Shown here: positions 47,586 through 56,079 of the stretch, piece after piece
How the letters are laid out: every line of letters starts with the position of its first letter
Numbering within the stretch: the stretch's first letter is position 1
NCBI GenBank assembly: GCA_017525035.1
Contig: JAFXTH010000023.1
Coordinates: 115,687-179,686, forward strand
Direction of reading: 5' to 3'
DNA length: 64,000 nucleotides
DNA from: Bacilli bacterium
Lineage (GTDB): Bacteria > Bacillota_I > Bacilli_A > RF39 > UBA660
Program-made: the position numbers and the translations under genes
The notes under the pieces: model-generated
The model's input: the letters and a program-made list of their open reading frames with translations, nothing else
What the model was told of the DNA's origin: nothing
The model's database searches: none

Positions 47586-48176
47586 TTATTTATCTCTTTT
47601 TTTTTGCTTAAAACTTCTTATTATTGTTAATAAAATAAAAAGTATTATAATTGGAACTTTTAATCTATTAACTGCATCTTTTAAAATAGTCCAATTATTT
47701 CCTAATGAGTAACCGAAATACACAAATACAAAAGTCCATGGAATACTTCCAAGTGTCGTATATACTAAAAACTTAGTAAAGGATAATCGTGCTATCCCAA
47801 TTGGGAGTGATATTAATGTTCTTACAATTGGTATATTTCTTCCAACTGCCGCTGCAATAAGCCCATATTTATTGTACCAACTATCCGATTTTGTAATATC
47901 CTCTTCTTTCATAAAGAAATATTTACCATACTTTCTTATGAATGGCCTACCGCCATAATATCCCATTAAATATATTACTACTGCGCAAAAAACACTTCCG
48001 CTTAATCCAACAAAAAAAGTTATCCAAAAATTGAATATACCAGAAGCTGATAAAATTCCGCCAGTTGCTAGAATAAGTTCGCTTGGTATGACAATAATAA
48101 CAGCTTCCAAAACCATACCTAAAAACATTCCGAAATATCCAAAATTACCTATTAGTTCCAAAATAAAATTATTCAT
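47586..48176 (-). CDS. DedA family membrane protein
   Basis: About 196 aa and polytopic, with GYYGGRPF and PIVRTLISLPIG blocks typical of DedA/SNARE-associated proteins. Confidence 0.75.
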   Translation of the reverse strand: MNNFILELIGNFGYFGMFLGMVLEAVIIVIPSELILATGGILSASGIFNFWITFFVGLSGSVFCAVVIYLMGYYGGRPFIRKYGKYFFMKEEDITKSDSWYNKYGLIAAAVGRNIPIVRTLISLPIGIARLSFTKFLVYTTLGSIPWTFVFVYFGYSLGNNWTILKDAVNRLKVPIIILFILLTIIRSFKQKKRDK

Positions 48177-48219
48177 ATTAAATTATATTTTATTAAAATA
48201 AAAAAAGTACCGAAGTACT

Positions 48220-49383
48220 TTATAAATTTAAAAATGGGTTTCTTATTGCACCTGGTTCAGTTGGTTGTGGGTTATTTACTGGTTGCTCGTTAGCAACAGT
48301 TGGAACTGCTGGTGTAAATTGCGGTTCTTCCATTACAGGTTGTTCCACTTTTTGTTCCACAGGCTGTGACTCTGGTAAACTGCTATTAGCACTAAACTGT
48401 GAAGTTTGTGCAAGTACATTATTGTTCATAATACTATTGTCATTTTCATTTATAGATTCTTGACTAATATTTAATGGTTCGTTTGTATTAAATGCAGCGT
48501 TAACAGGTGTCTGTACGTTTTGTGGTACTCCTGCCATTAAATCGACTTTATTATCATTTATAATATCATTTGCATCAATAAAACTAAAACTACTATCAAC
48601 GTCTTTTGTTGAACCAGTAGGCATACCTTCTGTCCCTGGAATACTATAAAGAGGATCAATTTCACTCATATCTTTTGGTAATACCGTCTCATTTTGAGGT
48701 GCACTTACTTCGTGAAATTCAACATTTCTCTGACCTGAATCTAAATTACTTGGGCTAACCATAGAATTGCTATTTACAGGTACTGGAGCATTTTTGTTGT
48801 TTTTATATTCTTTTACTATCTCTTTATATCTTTTTTTATTTTCAAAAGAGAATGATTCAAAAACATTTGGATTGTGTTTAACTATTTCTTCACAGAATTC
48901 ATCACTATAAATAGTATATTCCTTTGATCCATTAATTAAACAGATCATTAAATCTGCACCTATGGCAACGCCATTTTGTGTTCTCTTTTCATGTCTATAT
49001 ATCCATACAATATCAGAATATTTTATTACAAAAGAATAATAATGATTTGATAACATGTAGTTTTGTGTGAAGTATGTTTTAGCTTTATCAAACGAAACAC
49101 ATCCACTTACAATTTCATTTCTTAACTCTTGCATATTGATATTTTTCATTTTTTTAGCACTTTTTATTTTCTTTATCCATACTATTAAAAAGAACATAAC
49201 TGCAAAAATACCAAAAACAATTGCTAACACCCACCACAATTCTTCACCTGATAATGCTACAATAACGCTAATTAATGCTCCTGCTGCCATTATTGCGCCG
49301 AAAACCATACACCATATTGCAGTACGTGGTAGTTTTTTCATTTTATCTAATATTACATCAGGATTTTGTAATTCATTTTGCAT
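48220..49383 (-). CDS. Membrane protein with disordered C-terminal half, function unknown
   Basis: Two TM segments near the N-terminus and a Pro/Gln/Asn-rich tail. Confidence 0.5.
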   Translation of the reverse strand: MQNELQNPDVILDKMKKLPRTAIWCMVFGAIMAAGALISVIVALSGEELWWVLAIVFGIFAVMFFLIVWIKKIKSAKKMKNINMQELRNEIVSGCVSFDKAKTYFTQNYMLSNHYYSFVIKYSDIVWIYRHEKRTQNGVAIGADLMICLINGSKEYTIYSDEFCEEIVKHNPNVFESFSFENKKRYKEIVKEYKNNKNAPVPVNSNSMVSPSNLDSGQRNVEFHEVSAPQNETVLPKDMSEIDPLYSIPGTEGMPTGSTKDVDSSFSFIDANDIINDNKVDLMAGVPQNVQTPVNAAFNTNEPLNISQESINENDNSIMNNNVLAQTSQFSANSSLPESQPVEQKVEQPVMEEPQFTPAVPTVANEQPVNNPQPTEPGAIRNPFLNL

Positions 49384-49482
49384 CACACTTCACCTCTATT
49401 TTATAAGAATAGTATATCATATAACGTTATTATATATTTAATAAATCAACAAAAAATAAAAATTGACGTAAAAAAAGGAGAA

Positions 49483-50343
49483 TTATTTTTCTCCTAATTT
49501 ATAACTTATTATTGTTCCTATTGCAAGTAACAAGATTCCCATAACTACTTGTAAAGCATCTATCGTAATACAATCCAATTCTATGCAAGCAGACAAAGGT
49601 ATTGCAATGATTGATGCAAATACAAAACCTAATACTCCAAAATAAGTTTTGATTTTATATTTTTTAAATAGGTATTCTAACAATTTTGATATAGATAAAA
49701 TACCTACTACTACACCTACTCCAAATATTCCTAATACTATTAAATTATGGAATATATCATTTTTTAGGACACTATTAATTGTATTTATTATTGGATAATA
49801 ATATCCAAGTATCATAAGTACTAGTGATCCACTTACTCCAGGAACTACCATAGTTGCTGCAGCTATTATTCCTACAACAAAAAGTAAAATGTAACCTAAT
49901 ATGTCCATTGATTCAAAACTTACTTCTCCATTCATGCTAAATATTAGTTTATAAGTAGCCATGAATATTACTAAAGCAAATGTTAGGGCTGCAATAATAT
50001 AATTACTAACGTTTTTAGATTCTTTTTTACCTTTAACATTTTTAAGTAGCATTGGAATTCCACCAAATACTAAACCAACAAAGAATAATATTGTTGGCAA
50101 TGGGAAATGATCATATGAATATCCAACTACTTTACTTGTTGTTACAATTGCAAGTCCCATACCTATTGCAATTGGTAGTAAATATAAAAAGTTCTTTTTA
50201 AAACTTTTAAATATGTTGCTGATTGCTCCTATAAACTCTTCATAAATTCCTAAGATAATTGCAATTGTTCCTCCACTAACACCTGGTATTACATTTGCAA
50301 TTCCCATGAAGAATCCTTTTAATACTAAAATAATATTTTTCAT
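49483..50343 (-). CDS. DUF368-family membrane protein (undecaprenyl-phosphate translocase family)
   Basis: GIANVIPGVSGGTIAIILGIYEE, repeated later as VVPGVSGSLVLMILGYY; this is the internal duplication typical of DUF368. Confidence 0.75.
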   Translation of the reverse strand: MKNIILVLKGFFMGIANVIPGVSGGTIAIILGIYEEFIGAISNIFKSFKKNFLYLLPIAIGMGLAIVTTSKVVGYSYDHFPLPTILFFVGLVFGGIPMLLKNVKGKKESKNVSNYIIAALTFALVIFMATYKLIFSMNGEVSFESMDILGYILLFVVGIIAAATMVVPGVSGSLVLMILGYYYPIINTINSVLKNDIFHNLIVLGIFGVGVVVGILSISKLLEYLFKKYKIKTYFGVLGFVFASIIAIPLSACIELDCITIDALQVVMGILLLAIGTIISYKLGEK

Positions 50344-50373
50344 TGTTCACCTCACTATGTAATAATAACATAT

Positions 50374-50802
50374 TTATGCAGTATTTTCACTATCCCACGG
50401 ATTAACTCTATTTAAAAATCTATTTTTGAAATCTGCCTTAATTAATATTAATCCTTTTTCTGTCGTATCTTCTTTATGTTTTTCTTCATACATCTTCAAT
50501 AAGTAATTTATTCTTATAATACGATCCATTTCAATTTTTCCTTCAAAATTTATAAGAATCATTTCTGCTCTTATGGCTTCATAAATTGGTCTATCAGTAT
50601 GTTCTATGATATGAAGGTAATCATGTGCTCTTCTCATTAGTAGCGCACCATTTTCAATTCTTTCCAACCCACCATCTTCTTCGGGGATTATTAGATGATG
50701 AAAACTTAATTTGCTAGGGTCAGTAATTATGTACCCCATAAAATCGATACCATATCGCATTACATTATACTTGTTAAACATTAAATTAATTATTTTTCTC
50801 AT
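50374..50802 (-). CDS. HNH (His-Me finger) nuclease domain protein
   Basis: LSFHHLIIPEEDGGLERIENGALLMRRAHDYLH fits an HH...N...H...H pattern. The start is trimmed to the ATG at 50802 after GGGGGA. Confidence 0.45.
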   Translation of the reverse strand: MRKIINLMFNKYNVMRYGIDFMGYIITDPSKLSFHHLIIPEEDGGLERIENGALLMRRAHDYLHIIEHTDRPIYEAIRAEMILINFEGKIEMDRIIRINYLLKMYEEKHKEDTTEKGLILIKADFKNRFLNRVNPWDSENTA

Positions 50803-50903
50803 ACCTATCCCCCATAACAATTATATAAGTTTATTGCTTTTTTTTAAATATTTTTAAGGAAATTTTCAAGAAAAAAGTAATAATAACTATAAGGAGGTAT
50901 TAA

Positions 50904-51617
50904 ATGATAGAAAAAGGTTATCAAAACGAATTCTTATTCGTTTTAGAATTTAACAACAAAAAAGTAAAAGAATTAAATCCACTATTAAGGGAAATAGTAG
51001 ATGATTTATTTAACAATATTAATGAAAATGATGTCGTTAAATCTTGGAGAAATCATATTAATAATCAAAAGGGAGATATTTTTATTAAAATAAATAATAT
51101 TGTAAGGTCTATAAGCATTAAAATGGGATCTAGGAATTCAGTACACGCTGAGAGTTTAAACACTTTTATAAGTATGCTTAGACTAAGAGGATTAAATGAA
51201 AATACAATTAAAAAATATTTAGGCTTTCATTATGCAGAAAACATGACTTCTAAAGAGTATTGTAAATTACATCAAGAAGACATTAAATACCTTAATAAAG
51301 AACTTAATAAAGTTGATATAGACTATTTTATTAATAGATTTGTATTAAAAGGAAGATTGTCAATATATCCAGTCGATGGAATAATTTATGGTACGCCAAA
51401 TGATTTTTTTTGGATAAATCAAAAGGATATATATAAAATAATTGAGCATACAAAAGATAGAGTTTCAAGTAGTGTGCATATTGGATGCTTTTTCATTCAA
51501 CCACAAAATAGATGCTTGAATAACAATAGTAAATATATTGATAAAAAGGATTTTGTTCAAATCAAATGGTATTCCATATTCGATGATATAATAATGTATA
51601 AAGCACTATATAAATAA
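50904..51617 (+). CDS. Hypothetical protein, possible PD-(D/E)XK restriction-endonuclease-like fold
   Basis: Strong RBS AAGGAGG. The pattern GDIFIKINNIVRSISIKMGS (D-x12-S-x-K) resembles the MspI/HinP1I-type D...(N/Q)xK motif. This is pattern-level evidence only. Confidence 0.3.
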   Translation: MIEKGYQNEFLFVLEFNNKKVKELNPLLREIVDDLFNNINENDVVKSWRNHINNQKGDIFIKINNIVRSISIKMGSRNSVHAESLNTFISMLRLRGLNENTIKKYLGFHYAENMTSKEYCKLHQEDIKYLNKELNKVDIDYFINRFVLKGRLSIYPVDGIIYGTPNDFFWINQKDIYKIIEHTKDRVSSSVHIGCFFIQPQNRCLNNNSKYIDKKDFVQIKWYSIFDDIIMYKALYK

Positions 51618-51757
51618 CTGCGTTATAATTTTGTTTGAAGTATATGAATGTCAGAGGTGAGAGGCAATGAAAGGTAAAAGATTTGATATTCTTTTACTTT
51701 TTTTATGATCTATATAAGTTATTTTATCAATTATTAGAAAGTTTTTTTTCTATATGT

Positions 51758-51837
51758 CTTCCAAGTCTAACTACGTTGGGTCCGTTTTTGACACAAAAAA
51801 AGAACTCTTTCGAGTTCATTCTTTTACAAATGGAGCG
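51758..51837. other. tRNA-Gly-derived scar module A
   Basis: 51758-51784 (cttccaagtctaactacgttgggtccg) matches the sense sequence of the tRNA-Gly anticodon loop through T-stem with two 1-nt insertions. A hairpin gaactc/gagttc follows. Then caaatggagcg (51827-51837) matches the antisense of the tRNA 3' end plus 4 flanking nt. Confidence 0.5.
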
Positions 51838-51919
51838 TGTTATAAACAGCTTACGACCCAAAGTTCTTCTTGTGATTTCATTATAGATTATTAATGTTAT
51901 TTTTGCAATACCATAACAT

Positions 51920-52156
51920 TTACTTTTTATCTTTTATTTTATCCAATAACCTTATTAAATGAGGATCTATTTCATTTTCATTATATCCAATAACATCTTT
52001 TTCTACTTCAAGTTTTGTTGCATCATCAATTGATGATACAGGCATAATATAAACTTTAGATAATCTAGGATTAAAGAAACCTATTTTCTTAATCTTATTC
52101 TTAAAGTCATATTCTGCATTTAATTGGATTGACCTACATCCCATCAAATAATACAT
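51920..52156 (-). CDS. Hypothetical small protein (78 aa)
   Basis: ORF track only. Confidence 0.35.
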   Translation of the reverse strand: MYYLMGCRSIQLNAEYDFKNKIKKIGFFNPRLSKVYIMPVSSIDDATKLEVEKDVIGYNENEIDPHLIRLLDKIKDKK

Positions 52157-52215
52157 ATAAAGCTGTAATGTTTGAACTGATTTTAAACTATTTTTCGAAA
52201 CTTTAAAATCCCATA

Positions 52216-53940
52216 TTACTCTTCTTCTTCACCATCATTTAGTTTATTAACATCGATTTTTCCTAAAAGAGTTTTTGGTAAACTTTTTCTAAATTCAAAT
52301 TCTTTTGGAACAGAATATACTGCTAAGTTTTTCTTACATAATTCTTTAATTTCATTCTTTAACATTGGTGAAGCACTATAACCTTCTTTGAGAACAATAA
52401 ATGCTTTAGCAACTTGCATTTTGTATGGATGTGGTATACCTATAACACTACAGTTTAAAACTGCTGGATGTGTTTCAATTACTTCTTCTATTTGTGATGG
52501 ATAAACATTATATCCACTTGAGATAATCATTCTTTTTAATCTTTGACGATAGAAGAATACTCCATCTTTATCCATATATCCGATGTCTCCACTATGAAGC
52601 CATATGTATCCATCAGGATGTTTTTGAAGTATTGTATTGTTATCTTCATCGTTATCGATATAACCTGCCATTACTGTAGGTCCTGTTATACATACTTCTC
52701 CATCTTCTCCAGCTGGTACTTCATCATGTGTTCCAGGAGTTACAATTTTAACATAGTTTCCAGAAAGTGGAATCCCCATACAACCTTGTTTATTATTATC
52801 TCCATAACTAAACATACATGGTCCTAAGCATTCACTCATACCATATCCTTCAGTTACAACTATTTTTGCTCCATGATCTTTTAAAAATTTATTTATTTTT
52901 TCTTCAAGAACTGGTTTTAAACTATCTCCACCTACTATTAACCATTTTAGATAAGATAAATCTAATTTCTTATCTTTAGAATTAGTTAATGCTTCAAATA
53001 ATGTTGGTACACCAAGAATAGTTGTTGGTTTAGTTTGTTTTAATAATTTATCAAATGTTTTAGCATCAAATGTTGGTCTAATAATTGCTTTTTCACCAAA
53101 GCATAATGGTTTATATATACAAATTTGTAATCCGAATCCATGGAATATTGGAAGAATAGAAAGAGTTGCATCTCCTACTCCAATATCTGGCATAACAATT
53201 CTTGCTTGTTCAATTACACAAGTAAAGCTTTGATTTTTAATAGCAATTCCTTTTGGTTTACCAGTAGTTCCACCACTATGTAGAATTACTGCGATATCTT
53301 CTGCTTTTGTATGTACTGCATATTTTCCACTGTAGTTGTTACTATTTTTAACAAAGTCTTCCCAGTAAACATATTCGATATTATTTTTTGGTTTATTAAT
53401 TTTTCTACCTTTAGTTAATTGATAACCCCATCTTAGATAGAAAGGCATTGATTCTTTAACTGATACTAATATTACTTTATAAATATCTGTATCACCTAAA
53501 ATATTTTTAATTTTGTCATAACACATATCAATTGATAATAGAACAACACTATTTGTTGAATTGATATAGTATTTTATTTCTTGCTCACCTGATAATGGAT
53601 GAACCATATTAGAGATTGCTCCAATTTTATTTAAAGCAAAAAATGAAGCGATAGATTCTGGTGTATTAGGCATTAGAATAGTAACTACATCTCCTCTTCT
53701 AATTCCTGCTGCTTTATATGCTTTAGCTACTCTATCAATTTCTTTTAAAAATTCTCTATAAGTTCTAGTTGTTCCATAATACTCATATGCTGGAGCGTCT
53801 AAATTCTCATTTGCTTTTTTCTCAAAGTAATCATAAAGTGATTCTTTTGGAATTTTAATGCTGTCTCTTCCACCTGGATAATACTTTTTCCATGGAGCAT
53901 TAGGTTTCTTAAGCCTTTTAATTTTGTCGATAATTTCCAT
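52216..53940 (-). CDS. AMP-dependent synthetase / long-chain fatty-acid--CoA ligase
   Basis: AMP-binding motif ILHSGGTTGKPKG, then GYGMSE and GDIGYMDKDGVFFYRQRLKRMI. Confidence 0.85.
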   Translation of the reverse strand: MEIIDKIKRLKKPNAPWKKYYPGGRDSIKIPKESLYDYFEKKANENLDAPAYEYYGTTRTYREFLKEIDRVAKAYKAAGIRRGDVVTILMPNTPESIASFFALNKIGAISNMVHPLSGEQEIKYYINSTNSVVLLSIDMCYDKIKNILGDTDIYKVILVSVKESMPFYLRWGYQLTKGRKINKPKNNIEYVYWEDFVKNSNNYSGKYAVHTKAEDIAVILHSGGTTGKPKGIAIKNQSFTCVIEQARIVMPDIGVGDATLSILPIFHGFGLQICIYKPLCFGEKAIIRPTFDAKTFDKLLKQTKPTTILGVPTLFEALTNSKDKKLDLSYLKWLIVGGDSLKPVLEEKINKFLKDHGAKIVVTEGYGMSECLGPCMFSYGDNNKQGCMGIPLSGNYVKIVTPGTHDEVPAGEDGEVCITGPTVMAGYIDNDEDNNTILQKHPDGYIWLHSGDIGYMDKDGVFFYRQRLKRMIISSGYNVYPSQIEEVIETHPAVLNCSVIGIPHPYKMQVAKAFIVLKEGYSASPMLKNEIKELCKKNLAVYSVPKEFEFRKSLPKTLLGKIDVNKLNDGEEEE

Positions 53941-53969
53941 ATTGTCCTCCTTTTATAAATCATATGACA

Positions 53970-54716
53970 TTATAATAAAAATAAATAAACACATAAAAAG
54001 TGAAATAATGTGCCTAATAGGCAAAACACATGAAATATACTATGCATATATTTTCTTTTTCTTCCAATTGCATACAATAAAGAACCAATACTATACATAA
54101 TTCCACCAATAACTAGAAATAAGACACCAATTACTCCTAAAGAATCAATTAAAGAAGGAATTACAACTAACGCTCCCCATCCATTTATTAAGTGACATAT
54201 TACCTGTAACACTTGAGTCTTGTCTATTTTTATAGACGTTAAAATTATACCAATCAAAGTTACTATTGAAATTATAATAAAAAGAATTAACCCTTTAATT
54301 CCACCTACACCAATCAATGCTATAGGAATATAAGTTCCATAAACTAATAAGAAAACATTACAATGGTCAATTACTCTCAAAACTTTTTTCCCTTCTAAAG
54401 CTGGAGATAAAGCGTGGTATATACATGATATTGTATATAAAATAATCATTGCACATCCAAAAAGAGTTACTGTAGTTTCAGGCAATATACCATGTGCTTT
54501 TACAACCATCAAAATTAAAGCCACAATTGAAAATATTGCTCCTATTCCATGAGAAATAGAATTAAAAATTTCTTCACCTACAGTATAATTTGGTAATTTG
54601 ATATTAAGTTTTATCTTCTTTTTTTCTTTTGTATATTTATTTACTGCATAAGATATTTGATACGCTTCTTTTTTTGAAATATTTAATTCTTTCATTAAGT
54701 ATTCATCTAAATTCAT
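53970..54716 (-). CDS. Hemolysin III / PAQR family channel protein
   Basis: Seven hydrophobic segments, with NSISHGIG, DHCNVFLLVYGTYIP and HVFCLLG blocks. The start is trimmed to 54716. Confidence 0.75.
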   Translation of the reverse strand: MNLDEYLMKELNISKKEAYQISYAVNKYTKEKKKIKLNIKLPNYTVGEEIFNSISHGIGAIFSIVALILMVVKAHGILPETTVTLFGCAMIILYTISCIYHALSPALEGKKVLRVIDHCNVFLLVYGTYIPIALIGVGGIKGLILFIIISIVTLIGIILTSIKIDKTQVLQVICHLINGWGALVVIPSLIDSLGVIGVLFLVIGGIMYSIGSLLYAIGRKRKYMHSIFHVFCLLGTLFHFLCVYLFLL

Positions 54717-54799
54717 TACTATCACCAATAATAATTTTAAATTACATAAAAAAAAAGACAATAGATAGTTGACTTACTATATCAAAATTATCTTTACAT

Positions 54800-55384
54800 T
54801 TATATCAATATGTCAACTTTTTTATTATTCTTTTCAAAATTATTTAATGCTTTTTTAAAATCATTATTAATTATTAAGTATACATTTCTAACTAATATTT
54901 CAGGTTTTTCTTTCATACCATTTTTTATCCAATCTGATGTTATTGCAATAAACGATAATGTAAAGTATTTAGAAATAAAATCAATATCTTTCTTTTCTAC
55001 ATTTAAATTTTTTGATTGCTTAATAATAACATTTTCTACATAAGGAAATAATGAATTATATAAAAAGTTATCAACATACTCTCTTTCAATTGTCTTATAT
55101 ATATTTGATACAACATCTTTATGAGTATATATCAATCTAAGAATATATAAATAAACAAACTTCCAATCTTCTAAATCTGTATAAGTATTAGTAACCATTT
55201 TATATGAATTTGTGCATATTGTTTCAACTACTTCGTATAAATCATTAAAATGATAATAAAATGCTTGTCTAGATATGTTTAGATTGTCTGTAATATCTTT
55301 AATAGTAATTTTATCAAATGTTTTTGTATTTAATAAGTTTAAAGTTTCTTTAATTATCTTTTCTTTCAAAATAAACATCTCCAT
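54800..55384 (-). CDS. TetR/AcrR family transcriptional regulator
   Basis: N-terminal HTH FDKITIKDITDNLNISRQAFYYHFNDLYE. Confidence 0.8.
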   Translation of the reverse strand: MEMFILKEKIIKETLNLLNTKTFDKITIKDITDNLNISRQAFYYHFNDLYEVVETICTNSYKMVTNTYTDLEDWKFVYLYILRLIYTHKDVVSNIYKTIEREYVDNFLYNSLFPYVENVIIKQSKNLNVEKKDIDFISKYFTLSFIAITSDWIKNGMKEKPEILVRNVYLIINNDFKKALNNFEKNNKKVDILI

Positions 55385-55522
55385 TTCATTAATTATTATA
55401 TCATTATATATATCAATAAAATATCATAATTTTTAATAATCAAAAAATTGGATTATATTAAAAAATTATGATCTCTTTTTTATCATTAAGGTGTTTACAA
55501 TAGCAACTAAAAAAGGATAACT

Positions 55523-55819
55523 TTACTTGTTATCCTTAATCTTTTTCCAAACCATTTTTGTTACTTCTTCACGTCTTTTATAGAAAGACTTTTCGTTAAA
55601 CCTGCTTCTTTCGTCTGGAATAACTAACATATGATTATGAATATTATCTTTATTGCTATGGGTAATCATAATAATTGTATAAGTAAATGGCCACATTTCT
55701 TCTTGAAAAGCTATACCAATATTATAAGCCCCATTTACGACCTTATACTGAGTTTTTGATAATAACTCGAGTATTTCTTCATCTGGTTTAATTCGTTCCT
55801 CTAATGTGAAATTAAGCAT
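55523..55819 (-). CDS. Hypothetical protein (98 aa)
   Basis: ORF track trimmed to the ATG at 55819, 10 nt after AGGAGG. Confidence 0.45.
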   Translation of the reverse strand: MLNFTLEERIKPDEEILELLSKTQYKVVNGAYNIGIAFQEEMWPFTYTIIMITHSNKDNIHNHMLVIPDERSRFNEKSFYKRREEVTKMVWKKIKDNK

Positions 55820-55866
55820 CAAAAAAAGTCCTCCTTTCTCCAAGAAGAACTTTTATCTATAAGGTT

Positions 55867-55938
55867 TTCCAAGCATAACTACGTGGAAAAATAAAAAGTT
55901 ACGATACATTGTACCGTAACCTGTTTTCAAATGGAGCG
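55867..55938. other. tRNA-Gly-derived module B, including the tRNA-Gly terminator
   Basis: 55867-55886 (ttccaagcataactacgtgg) is an inverted copy of tRNA positions 55956-55974. The hairpin gttacg.../...cgtaac with a minus-strand T-run acts as the tRNA terminator. Then ttttcaaatggagcg runs into the tRNA 3' end. The layout parallels module A. Confidence 0.5.
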
Positions 55939-56005
55939 GATGATGGGAATCGGACCCACGTAGTTAGCTTGGAAGGCTAAGGTTCTACCATTGAACTACA
56001 TCCGC
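55932..56005 (-). tRNA. tRNA-Gly (UCC), CCA encoded, with non-canonical T-loop
   Basis: Sequence GCGGATGTAGTTCAATGGTAGAACCTTAGCCTTCCAAGCTAACTACGTGGGTCCGATTCCCATCATCCGCTCCA. The cloverleaf is complete and the anticodon loop is CTTCCAA. The T-loop reads TCCGATT, with C where U55 is expected. Confidence 0.85.
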
Positions 56006-56079
56006 ATCAAAGTAGACATTTATAATTATATCAAATAGACTATAAATGTCAACACTTTTTTTCACTCAATTACTTTTTG

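Noticed and set aside
51683-51886. 67-aa plus-strand ORF in the intergenic region
   Set aside because: It spans the tRNA-Gly-like fragment and a terminator hairpin, has no RBS, and is Phe/Leu-rich as expected from AT-rich non-coding DNA. A 13-aa ORF with a good RBS at about 51667 (MKGKRFDILLLFL) is more likely a gene remnant.
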